This document shows positions 36,912 to 49,954 of a DNA stretch of 64,000 bases, in pieces. The notes below the pieces were generated by a model that worked only from the letters and a program-made list of their open reading frames with translations, had not been told where the DNA came from and ran no database searches. Every line of letters begins with the position of its first letter. Position 1 is the stretch's first letter. The DNA comes from Octopus sinensis (lineage: Eukaryota). The stretch spans positions 29,388,001-29,452,000 of the forward strand of contig NC_043016.1 in the NCBI RefSeq assembly GCF_006345805.1, read 5' to 3'. The position numbers and the translations under genes were made by a program.

Positions 36912-38178
36912 CCCAACAAATGGGAATGTGAAACTGAGAAACAGTTTCTGTAATATTTTTGCTGCTTTTTAATAAAGCTTATTACACTACCTCTGGTATT
37001 TGACTACTATTTTTTCCACCTTGTTTTGTATTTATGTGCTTACTCTGGCATATATATATCAAAAGGATGTGTTATAATATTATTCCATGTATACAAAAAC
37101 AGCCATACCAACAATCCAACATACCTTCATCATCAGCTGCCCCACAGATATCATTATGGTTTTGACACCTGGCAGTCCTATTCAATCCGGCAGTGTCAAC
37201 AGCACTAAAGTAAGGGTTGTTTGGGAACAAACATACCAAAGAAACCATAACTTTCAAATACATTTACCCTATGTACAACGGGCTTCTTTCAGTTTCCGTC
37301 TACCAAATCCACTCACAAGGCTTTGTTTGGCCCAAGGCTATAGTAGAAGACACTGGCCCAAGGTGTAACGCAGTAGGACTGAACCCAGAACCATATAGTT
37401 GGTAAGCAAGCTACTTAGCACACAGCCACTCCTGTGTATATACACACACACGTACATATATAGGTGCACTTGTGGCCATGTGCTATGAAGTTTGCTTCCT
37501 AATCACATGCACCAACAGAAAATGTCTCCAGCTATAGCCTTGGGCTGACTAAAGCCTTTTAATTGGATTTGGTAGATGGAAACTGAAAGAAGCCTCTGTG
37601 TGTGTGTGTGTGTTTGTGTCTTTGTGTTTGTGTAAGAAGTTTGACATAAAAGACCATGAGAAAAAGTACTATGCTAAAAGAAAAAATTAAGTCCTGGGGT
37701 TCAATTGTTCAACTAAAATCCTTCAAAGCTGTGCCATAGAATAGCCAAAGTCCAATGACTGAAACAAATAATAGACAATATATATTATCTTTTATTTGTG
37801 TGCATATATATATATATATAAACAACTATAGGCAATAAAGATAAAAGTAACTACTTTTAAACATAGGCTGAAACAGCTGTAAGAAGTGATTTTAATGATT
37901 TCAATAATTTATATTATGATTTTTATAATTTGTATTCTTATCTTATATGTATTGAATTATAAGATATATATGTATGCTATTAAGGTTCTCATTTTGTTAA
38001 ATGAATAAATAATTCAACATTTCAATATCCAAAAGATGATGAACAAACTAAATTTGTTTCTCCATTTTCTTATTTGTATTATATATATAGTTCAAATTTA
38101 CAAAAAAGAAAAGATAAAGACAAGTGAAGGAACAACAAGCAGGTGTATTAGTTTGACACTCAGGAAGAATGGAAAAGT

Positions 38179-38214
38179 CTTTGACGTTTCGAGCCTATGC
38201 TCTTTAACAGAAAG
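38179..38214 (-). ncRNA. Decayed hammerhead-like motif, family of 31984-32021
   Basis: Minus strand: CUUU-CUGUUAA-A-GAGC(AUAG)GCUC-GAAAC-GUC-AAAG. Confidence 0.5.
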
Positions 38215-38768
38215 GATTGAGTGGGAAACAACGGAAAGGGAATGAAGAAAAACAGATAGAGAAAAAAAACTAAAGAAGGGCACTCAACAGAACTTAATTT
38301 GAGTTACATGTATGGATCAAAACAGTTTGATCTATGTATATAAATATGTGTGTGTGTGTGTGTGTGTGCATAGATAGATAGATAGATATACACACATCTA
38401 TACAGGCACAGGCAGGGGTGTGTCGTAAGAAGCTTGCTTTCCAAACACATGGTTCAAGGTTCAACTCCAACTGATCGGCTCTTTGGTAAGTGTCTTCTAC
38501 TATAGCCTCGGGCTGACCATAAGCTTTATTGGTAGATTTGGCAGACAGAAATTGAAAGAGGCCCTCATTTATGCATACATATCTATTATCTATATGTTAT
38601 ATCTATATCTACATCTATATATGTATATATATATATATATTATATATATATATTATATATATATATATATATAGTTAATCCAAACAAGAAAGCACAAAAA
38701 AACACAACGCGAGGTCTTAGAACAAGTATAGTATTATTGGACGCTCAGGAAAGAAGGAAAGAAGGAGG

Positions 38769-38805
38769 GTTTAAACGTTTCGAATGGAGCTCTTCATCAA
38801 TAAAC
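38769..38805 (-). ncRNA. Decayed hammerhead-like motif, family of 63587-63621 (C3->U)
   Basis: Minus strand: GUUUA-UUGAUGA-A-GAGC(UCC)AUUC-GAAAC-GUU-UAAAC. Confidence 0.5.
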
Positions 38806-40637
38806 AAGGAGAAGGAAAGATCCAAAGAAAGGACGACAGGAAAAAAATCACCAACGGTACGCACGAGGTCACATTTTGAAAGACCGGAAGGAAAGGGGTG
38901 AAGAAAGGTGTTTTCAAAGACAGAAGAGTAGTTCTGTCAAAGACAGGAGAATGGTAGAGGAGGAGGAATGTGTGTGTAAGAGGTCTGCTTGTGCGTGTGT
39001 GTGTATGTGTGTATGTGTGCAATGATGACACGTATGTGCGTGTGTGTGTGTATGTGTGTGTGGTTTTATCTGTTAAACAAAGCGTGTTTGTAGGGCTAGT
39101 AGTGTGAAGGTCGAGGAAGAAGGAGTGGTGCCTTTTGTCTCTACCACAGGTCAGTACTGCTACTTTGAAGTATGTGTGTGTGTGCATGTATGTATATGTA
39201 TCGTGTGTGTGTTTTGTTTGTAGTGTGTGTGTCTATGTATGTGTGTGTTCGCGTGTGTATGCATAGAGTTTGGGTGTGTGGTGAATGACTGTGCTTTACT
39301 TAGTGTATGTGTGCGTGTGTGCTTGTACGTGCGTATGTGTGTATACATGTATGTATAATTGTGTGCGTGTATGTATAATTGTGTGCCGTGTGTATGGGAT
39401 GTATATGTGGGTTCATTTGTGTGTGTGTGTGTGCGTGTCGTATGTGCGTGTACGTGTGTGTTTATATATATGTTCATATATATATGTGTGTATATATATA
39501 TATGTGTGTGTATATGTGCATGTGTGTGTGTGCATGCACATGCATGTGTGTGTATGTGTGTGTATTTGTGTTTATCCCCTCACCACTGTTTGACAACTGG
39601 TGTTGGTAAGTTTACATCCCTGTAACTTAGCAGTTTGGCAGAAGAGGCAGTAGAATAAGTGGTAGGTTTAAAAAAAAGGAGAACTGGGGTTGATTTGTCT
39701 GACTAAAACCCTTCAAAGCAGTGCTCCAGCATGGCCGAAGTCAAATGACTGAAGTAAGTAAACGAATAAAAGAATATATATATGTGTGTGTATGAGCCTC
39801 GTGTAGGCAATGAGGCTGATGCTAGTGTTATGCAAAAGGCACCCGTGTTAGTGGCACGTAAAATTACCCATTATACTCTTGGAGTGGTTGGTTTTTTAGG
39901 AACCTTAACCCTAACCCTGCTGTAGAAACTATGCCAAATCAGAATGTAGCTCAGTGCAACCCCTCAGTTTGTTAGCCGTCATTAAGCCATTCAACCCATG
40001 TCAGCATGGACAACAGACATTAAATGATTATTACAATGATGATGATGTATGTATGTATGCATTTCTGTGCGTATGTGTGTGTGTATCTGTCTGTCTGTGT
40101 CTCTTTGCTTTGACATGACACTTGTAAACAAATGTCACAATAAAACAAGCAATCTTATTCATTTCAAGTCTCCTGTGAAAAACATGGGAAAATATTATTT
40201 TGCTTGGAAATAGGTGAACAATTTGGCAGCAAGTAGATCTTCCAAGCATAGAGAATTTGCCTTCATGACCCATGCAAAATCTGGATGTGATAAATGATGT
40301 AGCTGTCATCATTGTTTCATATTTCTTCCATAATTGTATAGGCTAGGCAACTGGACAGGGGCTGACAAGCCAAGAAACTGCACCAGGCTCCAATGTCTTC
40401 TTTGGTATGGCATCTGAAAATGAATACCTTTCCTGACCCTAATCTTTTTTACAGAGTGTACTGAGTTCTTTGTATGTAGGGCCAGCATTAGTGAAGTCAC
40501 CAAGTGATTTGCAAGAAAAGAGGTCCTGCAGCTGTGAGTGAGGCATGTAGCATTGAGGGAGGTGGTTTTAAGCTATATACATGTGTGTGGTGTGTGTATA
40601 GATAGATAGATGCCTATATATATATATATATATATAT

Positions 40638-40679
<42 letters not shown>

Positions 40680-40838
40680 GCATATATGGGTACAGGACAT
40701 CAACAACTGTGTAAACAACATGAAGTATGAAAACAAACAAGTTAAATATACAAACGAGAAAAAAATAGAAAACAGGACAAGTAATGCACAACTACACATA
40801 TATATATATATATATACATACAAATATATGTGTATGTT

Positions 40839-40880
<42 letters not shown>

Positions 40881-40946
40881 GGTCCGGGTTGAGTCGGGGT
40901 AAACCACAGTAAATAAGGTACTCAATACATAGCAGAGTAAAGTAAT

Positions 40947-41055
40947 TTATTTTATAGAAGGAGCTTCTACAGGACTAGAACTGTTTCATGCTTCCTGAAG
41001 ATTTCATCTGAATGAAACAGTTCTAGTCCTGTAGAAGCTCTCTTCTATAAAATAA
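40947..41055. repeat. Fold-back palindrome with 29-bp perfect core arms
   Basis: GAGCTTCTACAGGACTAGAACTGTTTCAT (40961-40989) versus its reverse complement (41012-41040); the 22-nt loop contains CTGAAGA. Confidence 0.9.
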
Positions 41056-41059
41056 AAAT

Positions 41060-41103
<44 letters not shown>

Positions 41104-41553
41104 TATACATATATATATATATGCAAACACAAATGAAAGAAAACGGCATTCAACATAGTGAGTAGGAGTTATATGTATTATTTTAACAGCTTTGTTCTAT
41201 TCCATGTGACTTAAAGTTTTGCAGGCCCCTAACAAAAGGTCGTCTCTTTCAGGCTTTAGATTACCGAAGCCTGTAACCTAAATCTGTAATCTAAAGCCTA
41301 AAGCTTCTGTTAGAGTTGTGAGGAACTTTAAGTTGCATAGAACTAAATGAGACTATATATATATATTCAAATAAAGCTTATAAACCTCAGTAAGGATTAA
41401 TAAAAACCAATGAAAATACTGGTTTGTTACCAATCCATAGAATGTTCAACTATAAGGTAACCATATAAACCATGGGTCATATAGTTATATATTTAAAGAA
41501 TAAGGAGAAAATGGAGAAGTAATTAATAAAATTATTTATTAATTATAAAATAT

Positions 41554-41723
41554 GACAACATCTCTGACAGCTGTTTCGATTCAGTAATCTTTAGATAATT
41601 AATTTATATAATTAAAATCATTATAAGATGAATCTCTGAAGATATTCATCTTATAATGATTTTAATTTTATAAATTTATTATCTAAAGATTACTGAAGCG
41701 AAACAGCTGTCAGAGATGTTGTC
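41554..41723. repeat. 170-bp near-perfect palindrome (80-bp arms, 3 mismatches, 10-nt loop)
   Basis: Arms at 41554-41633 and 41644-41723; loop CTCTGAAGAT. Confidence 0.95.
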
Positions 41724-41822
41724 CACTCAGTTGGCCAAAATGAGTTGTAACTATTATTCAAAGAGCCAGCCCTGTCACATTCTGTGTCACACTGAATCTG
41801 CAATGTATTATCTTAAATATAT

Positions 41823-41824
<2 letters not shown>

Positions 41825-41857
<33 letters not shown>

Positions 41858-42530
41858 TTAGCGTCCGCTTTCCATGGGTTGGACAGTTCAACTGGGGTCT
41901 GTGAAGCCAGAAGGCTGCATCAGGTCCAGTCTGATCTGGCAGTATTTCTACGGCTGGATGCCCTTCCTAACGCCAACCACTCTGTGAATGTAGTGGGTGC
42001 TTTTTACATCCCACCCGCACAGGTGCCAGACGGAGCTGGCAAACGGCCACGGACGGATGGTGCTTTTTACGAGGCCTGTCGGGGCGGCGCTGGCAACGGT
42101 CACGAACAGATGGTGGTGCCAGATGAGTCTGGCAAACAGCCACGAACGGATGGTGCTTTTTACGTGCTACCGGCATGAGGCCAGTCTGGGCGGCGCTGGC
42201 AATGGCCACATTCGGATGGTTCTCTTACGTGCCACCGGCACTGGTAACTCAGCTGCAATTTCCATTGATCGATTTCAATTCTGATCCTCACTTGCCTCAA
42301 CAGGTCTTCACAAGTAGAGTTTTGTGTCCCAAGAAGGGAAGGTATGAATACGTGGGCTGGCTACATCCCATGTAGAAGACCACGGGTTATGGTCTCACTT
42401 GTCCTGCCGGGTCTTCTCGCGCACAGCATACTTCTAGAGGTCTCGGTCTCGAGTCATTTCCTCAGTGAGACCTAAAGTTCGAAGGTCGTGCTTCACCACC
42501 TCGTCCCAGGTTTTCCTGGGTCTGCCTCTA
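41825..42530 (-). mobile_element. RTE LINE 3' end with expanded internal tandem units
   Basis: (CAT)n tail, at least four GGCAAACGGCCACG-type units, then GRGRPRKTWDEVVKHDLR on the minus strand. Confidence 0.88.
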
Positions 42531-42548
42531 TATATATATATATATATG

Positions 42549-42887
42549 AGGAGACCCCCTTTGGTTATGAATGACCTTGGGGTTGCACCTAGAAAGTAAC
42601 CCTCCGAGGCACAAGTCTGGGCAAGGTTGTTTTATGGAAGGCCAGCAGTCGCCCATGCATACCAGCCTCCCCTCTCCACGCCAACTGGTGTTATCCAAGG
42701 GAAAGGCAAAGGGACCGATACAGCTTGGCACCTGTGATATCGTAACTCATTTGTACAACTGAGTTAACTGGAACGTGAAATAAAGTGTCTTGCTCAAGAA
42801 CACAACTCACAGCCCGGTCTGGGAATCGAACTCACAACCTCACAATTGTAAGCTCGACGCTCAAACCACTGAGCCATGTGCCTTCAC
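42549..42887 (-). mobile_element. tRNA-derived SINE with CORE-like central domain
   Basis: Minus strand GTGAAGGCACATGGCTCAGTGGTTTGAGCG...GAGTTCGATTCCC...GTGTTCTTGAGCAAGACACTTTA; a related decayed copy lies at ~43390-43690. Confidence 0.75.
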
Positions 42888-43354
42888 ACATATATATATA
42901 CATATACACACTATATATACTCATATATATGCATATGTATATATATATATATATACATATACACATATATATATACATACACACACACATAAATACATAT
43001 CATCATCATTGTTTTGATGTCTGCTTTCCCTGCTGGCATGGGTTGGATGGTTTGACTGAGAATTGGCAAGCAAGGGGGCTGCACCAGGCTCCAATCTGAT
43101 TTGGCAAGGTTTCTACAGCTGGATACCCTTCCTAATGTCAACCACTCCAAGAGTGTAGTGGGTGCTTTTTGCACTTGAGCTAGTCAGGCATTGGCCACAC
43201 TGAAATGGGTGCTTTTTCCATGCCACACACATATATATACACATATATGTATATATATATACATATATGTGTGTGTGTATATATATTTATATATATATGG
43301 GTATATATATATCTTTATATATGTATGCATAAATATGTGTGTGTGTACGTGTTG

Positions 43355-43394
<40 letters not shown>

Positions 43395-44814
43395 GGTTCA
43401 TAATCTAATGACAAAGGTGTATTAAACAAAGTATGATTACTAGCAGTATGTTGTGTCCTTGAACAAGACACTTTATTTCTCATTGCAGCAGCCCACTCAG
43501 CTGACCAAAATAAGTTGTAACTATTATTCAAAAGAGCCATCCCTGTCACACTGAATCTAGCTGAGTACCATATGTTAAGGGTACACATGTCTGTAGCGTA
43601 CTCAGCCACTTGCACATTTTCATGAGCAGGCTGATCAGTTTGTTGTATCAGCTGGAACACTCATAGTCATAACCAATGGAGAACCAGGGACACATACATT
43701 TTCGCATACATACATTCACACACATATTCGTGTGTCTGTGTGTCTGTGTGTACAGCGCTATTTTACATCTGCTTTCCAAGTCTGGTGTGAGTTGGATACA
43801 TTGCCAGAGTCTGAATCAGTTCTAATTTGGAATGACTACTGTTTAGACTGATGCTTGTACATGTCATTTCAGTATGGTTTCTACATCTTCACATCACCAA
43901 ACATTTTACAGAGTGTACAGGGTGCATTTTCTCTTACCACCAATACGATAGTTTGATAATTCCTCAGCAAATCATAACAAGAGGAATCTCACAGTCCTTA
44001 TTTTTCTCTGTTCATTTGCCATCTTCTTTACTGTATATAATGTATTTTTTTGCAGCACCTGCACTACAGAGGTTGTCAAGTCCTCAATGAGATGCGTTTA
44101 AAGACCCTCAATTTTATTTTACCTCTAATGATTCACAAATCGGTTTTTAAGATGGAATATGGAGAGAGGAGCCTTTCAATGTGTTATTAGTACTTAAGAG
44201 TGTGATTCAGAGAAAATTGCATGTCTTAAGACAAGTACTTTGCTTGGGTTATATGACGAAGGAAAGGAATAGGAGAGAGTGATGACAGCAGAAGGTCTAG
44301 AGTGATGTGTGAAAGAAGAAAAAGTACAATGGTAGTGACAGAGTTATTGGTATAAAGACAGAAGCAGATTGATGGGGACTGATGTCCACAAGGTGGACAA
44401 AGGCAAGAGAGGTGCATGTGACAATAAAAGTAGCTCTGGGGGAGAGAGAGTGATGACTGGCAGTGCAGAAATGGTGAAGTTAAGATGTACTGAGTAGAGG
44501 CAGATGCTTCTACATAGGCCTAGTGACGGGTGAATGGAATAGAGTTTGATAGATGCAAGTCTTTTATGCATAGACCTAGTATAAAGAGTGAGGGAGCTGA
44601 ATGTGACTAAATGTGGGTACATCCTGTACCATTCATTGTAATTATGAGCAGCACATATTCAAGTGAGTTGAATAATAGTGGAATATGAGTAATAGAAAGA
44701 TATAAATGACTCACTGGAAAGAGATGATAGAAGGAGATGCACAGCAAGTAGATGAGAGAGAAGTCAAGAATGTAGAGAATAATAAGCTAAACACACACAC
44801 ACACACTCCATATA

Positions 44815-46051
44815 TTGGGTCATCCCATAAATGCAGTCGTTTTATAATTCTTTTATTCTTCAAAATTGAGATAAAGTTCTTTTTTAATCTAAAATATACT
44901 CTCCTCCATTTTCTTCAATGCTCTTCTATCTATCTGGTAGACTTGCAAGGCTCTTCTTCCAAAATTCACTTGTCCGTGATGAAAAATACTCCTCCAGTAC
45001 TGTTCTGACCTTGTCTACAGAATTCATATTTTTTCTGTCCAAATGATGTTGAAGTCTGTGGAATAAATGATAATCAGATGGGGCAATATCTGGCAAATAT
45101 GGTGAGTGAGGCATCATTTCCCATTCAAACTGTTCCAGTCTTTGGAATGTCATCCTTGCTATTTGTGGCCGAACATTATCCTGATGGAAGAACACCTTTC
45201 ATTTTAAAACCAATGATGGTCATTTTTCTTCATGCACAGATGTTGAAAAATGGTTGAATAACCTAATCCAAGCTTCTCTACTTGTTCCTGAACAGTTACG
45301 ATGGGATTTTGTAGGACGTCCATTCCAAGCTCCACAAATCTTCCAAGACGAGGCTCATCTTCTAGACTGTAGTTTTCAGCTCAGAATTTCTGGAACCACT
45401 GCTGACACTGGCTTATGCTTATTGTCCGATCCCCATATACTGCATTGATATTTCTTGCACTTTCCATTGCCTTGTTCATCATCATCATCATCATTATTTA
45501 GCGTCCGTTCTCCATGCTAGCATGGGTTGGACGGTTCAACTGGGGTCTGTGAAGCTGGTAGCTTCATCAGGCCCGTCCAGATCTGGCAGTGTTTCTACGG
45601 CTGGATGCCCTTCCTAACGACACCACTCCATGAGTGTAGTGGGTGGCTTTTTACGTGCCATCCGCACAGGTGCCAGACAGAGCTGGCAAACGGCCACGAA
45701 TGGATGGTGCTTTTACGTGTCACCGGCACGGGGCCAGGCAAGGCTGGCAACGGACACGAACGGATGGTGCTTTTACGTGCCACCAACATGGGGGCCATGA
45801 AACGGATGGCCTTGTTGTCTTTATTAAACTCATAAAGCAAAATATGCCAAATATGTTCCTTTATTACTTCCATTACAGCTTTGAAAAAATAATTATCAAA
45901 ATCAAACTGCACTCTTCAAAGCTTGCACTAAGAATACAAGGTAAAATTACTACCTGCTTTTATAGGAAGTTGATGCAGGTAGTTTATCCCATTCCCTCCA
46001 ATTTTTAGTTCATGCAATTGAAAAATCCGCATTATTTATGGGATGACCCAA
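44815..46051 (-). mobile_element. Internally deleted mariner element with both TIRs and TA TSD
   Basis: TA-TTGGGTCATCCCATAAAT at 44813 and ATTTATGGGATGACCCAA-TA at 46053. Minus strand encodes MEVIKEHIWHILLYEFNK..., QWFQKF...LEDEPR and FHQDNVRPQ...PHSPYLPDIAPSDYHLF. Confidence 0.93.
45477..45808 (-). mobile_element. RTE-type 3'UTR insertion into the mariner, 8-bp TSD
   Basis: GCCTTGTT duplicated at 45469-45476 and 45809-45816. Confidence 0.9.
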
Positions 46052-47386
46052 TACTTATCCATATGTGTGCGTTTGTGTGTGTGTTAGTGTCTGTTTATTT
46101 TGACAAGGTATGATATTGCATAAAAAGCATCACGCTCATAAAACTGGTGTTACTTCATCTCCAGTTTTCTTTGTAAAATAAGTCTGATCCTGGGAAAATA
46201 TTATCAGGCTAAGAAACAGGTGAGGGTTGGCAAACGGAAAGGCATCCAGCAGTATAGAAAAAAATTTGCCTCAATGTATTCAGATTGACCCATGAAAGTA
46301 TGGAAAAGAGGTCGAAAGAACGATGATATATACATGTGTGTACGTAAGCGTATTTGTTTGTGTGTGTGTGTGTGTTTATAGATACAAATCTAAAATTCAT
46401 AGATACAAATCCTAATAATGATTTCTTTTATAATAATAATGATGGTTTCAAATTTTGCCACAAGGCCAGCAATTTTGGGGAGGGGCTGAGTTGATTATAT
46501 CGACCTCAGTGTTCAACTGGTACTTATTTTATCAACCCCTAAAGGATGAAAGGCAAAGTCGACCTCATAATAATAATAATATATAAATTATATATGCATA
46601 TTAATATATATATATATGCATGTATGTGTGTGTGTATAATATATCACACACATGCATATATAATTATCATCGTGAGATGGCTGTGTGCTTGTGTGCGTAC
46701 ACATACACACAATTGTTTTATTACAAAATAAAGAAAAACATTATAATCTAAAGAAACTCGTAATTCTCTGCGTCTGATAAAAATAAAAGTAAATAAAATT
46801 CGGCAAAAATATGTTTAATTCATGTCTTGAGGAGAGGTGAGTGTCGATGTTTTCAGCAGGAACTGTTGAATTTACCAAATTTTACACATGTTTCATATAG
46901 CTGTTAGTTTTCACACGCAACTACTGCTGCCGCTATGTGCGCGGGCACATGCAGGCAATCATGTCTACATCTGCACTAAGACTTTATGTGGGCTTGGAGA
47001 TCCATTATTGATCTCGAAGCACACAAAGTTATAAATAACAGCATGTAAATATTGGGTTGAACATGTTTACATACTCATTTTTTTTTATAGCTCTTTATGT
47101 CTGCTTCGAGGTCCCCTATTCCCCCAAAATAAAATAATTATTTCACATTCTCTCAAAAGTTTATGAAATTCTTATATCAATAATGTTTATTTGTCGAGGG
47201 GTACAAATAGACAACTTATTCCCTCGCCTTGAAACAATCGTATAGATTTATATTTATTAATAATTAAATCCTGGTGGTAATTATGCTAATAATATTAATT
47301 AAAGTATAGATGTCGAATGTCAAAGTACGAAGAGATTTACATAACTGAACGTATATACAGTTATGTGTCTAAATTGGTTGACTATC

Positions 47387-47417
<31 letters not shown>

Positions 47418-48095
47418 CACACGTTTTTTTAATTGTTTGTTCGTTGAATTAACAGCATTCGACTATATATGTGTGTGCATGTATAGGCCTATATATATAT
47501 ATGTGTGTGTGTATAGTATATATGTATGTGTATGTATAGACTTTATATATATATATATTCCTAAATCTAACGATGTAATTACTAAAATAAGTTTCGATTT
47601 GGCTAAGTTTTTACCATAAGGGCAAGGAATTTGGTGGTTGTTCCTAGTAGGAAAGAATTTTTGTCCCAAAGATTTATTCAATTTTTTTACATTTTTGCAA
47701 GCACCCCCACCCCCGCCCATCCCCATTCAAATTTGTACCCGTTTCCCGTAAATTTCTACTTTTGCACCAGTCACGCGTGCAATAGTTAAAAAAAGGAAAA
47801 AATATATATTTATATAGAATGACTGCTAACATTTGAAGAAAGGCTATATTATTCGTCTGGGAAGAAATGACGAGTGTGTTTTAAATTACAGTTGGTAAAA
47901 CCGGATCTAAATTTTTTCAGTGTAAAGGTGATACGAGAAGACATTAATTTAAATAAATTTTGAAAGAAATACTATAGCCATGAGATAGACAGATGTTTAT
48001 GGTGTAATGTGTTAATAATATCTGTTTAGTGGTGCGTTCAAATAATGATTTGAACAGGTGGTTGGCTAGCAATTGAGTGACTTGTCAATTTCGTA

Positions 48096-48186
48096 GAATG
48101 GAAGTGTTGATATTGAAAGACAAAACCGATAGGAGTGTATAATGTATTCGTTTTATGTCTTTCAATATCTAATATCATTTTCATTC
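48096..48186. other. Long imperfect hairpin in unique sequence (pre-miRNA-like)
   Basis: GATATTGAAAGACA (48109-48122) pairs perfectly with TGTCTTTCAATATC (48156-48169); pairing extends with bulges to about 35 bp. Confidence 0.35.
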
Positions 48187-49954
48187 CACATGCATCAGGA
48201 CTCGATGCGGTCGATAGAACTGTTGGAGATATCAGGCAATTCTTCACCAAATCACACCCTAATGTTCTTTTGTGTTTTTGTAAAAAATATAAAACCAAAA
48301 TAGCACATTGCAAATTGTAAGGTTGGAGTGTCACTGATGGTCGGTTTGCGCGATCATGACTGACCTAGGGCTAAAGAATATAAGCGATGTATATGTGTGC
48401 GTGTGTTTAGTAGACAAGCAGATTAAAGTGATATAAAGATAGAAACAGAGGTAAGGTATATAAAAGCGACAGATAGTTTACATTGATAAAGAAACAGAGA
48501 GCGCTTCTGTGTGACTACGTTAGTAATGGCTGACTCTTTCACACGATGTTTAACTGCAATTAGCACAGTTAAAGACTTCCATTAGCACTGGACATTAAAG
48601 CCAGAGACGTCAGATTACGGCAAGTGGAAGGAACGGATTGACAGCTTATTTCGGTAGGAATTGCAAGAGTTATCTATTGACCAGGTGGGAAAAGAAGGGG
48701 AGTCACTCTAATTTTATCTTCTTTCTAACAAACTATGAATCAATTATTTTGTAGTGCGTGCCTACATGCGTGTAAGAAAGTGTGTCTTATGTATTTCAGA
48801 AAAAGTGAATGAAGTTGTACGTTAGTCTGTATATTATGATAGATAAAAATGTTTGCTTTCTCGAGTAGTAATAGTGTTTGTATATACAGTTAGCGCGTTA
48901 TGGGTAAGAGCTTGTTGTATATAACGCCCAGGTGCTCTGCAACTTGTCGGAGAAGGTTAAAAGAAGGGGTAGAATGTAGTAAAAGTCAAGTAAAGAAAGA
49001 CAGCAATGATGGGATGAAACGAGGGAAAACAAAGATTGTGTGCTTATGTGAATAATTATTCGATGTAATAGTATCGCAAAAAATGACTGACATCATTTTT
49101 AATAGATAGATTAATAAATATAAAAGCTCAAACACATGCACAGCACTCACAAAACACATATGTTCAACTATAACTGTATCCATGCGTTATTTGTTTCTCT
49201 TGTAGATAACAAGGCTGAAAAATAGCGACTAATGTTATACATTTATACTAACACACACTCATCTCTCTCTCTCTCTCTACATACACACATATGTATTTGT
49301 ATATATGTATACTTAAATATAAATACATACACATCGTGTATTTTTACACATATGCACACACACACACACATTTACACACGTTTGGGTTTATTGGTGCATA
49401 CATATTTATGTAGGTATGTTGTTTTTCAGTTTCGATGCTCAGTTCAATAAATATGCGAAAATTGATTACACATCATAGACCATCATTATTATCGTGACCG
49501 TCGTCGTCATCACCATCATCATTACTATTGCTAATCCGTTTTTCTAAACTGGATTCTTAACTCGTACAACACTAAAATATGTTATTCACATCGCTTTACA
49601 TTTCCTACTTCAGGACATACAGTTTATATAAGTGTATGTCCTTCCTAACATCAACCAGTGATGGTTGGCTAGGTTTATCATGACATCACCTGCAGTAGTT
49701 GGGTTAATATAACTGTATGTCCTACCTAACATCAACCAGTGAGAGCTGGGTAGGTAAATCACGACATTGCAAGTAGCTAGGCTTTATGTACCCGCATGTT
49801 CTTTGTTCATATTTAAGAATCTATCATTCCATATATGTGGCTTAACTCTTAACATCTCATTGTAGAAAATATTCAAATGTTTTCTGAGTTGCCTTCATAT
49901 TTTTAAAATATGTATTTTGTGAATAGCAAGTGTTTAGCTACTTATTTTTAACAT

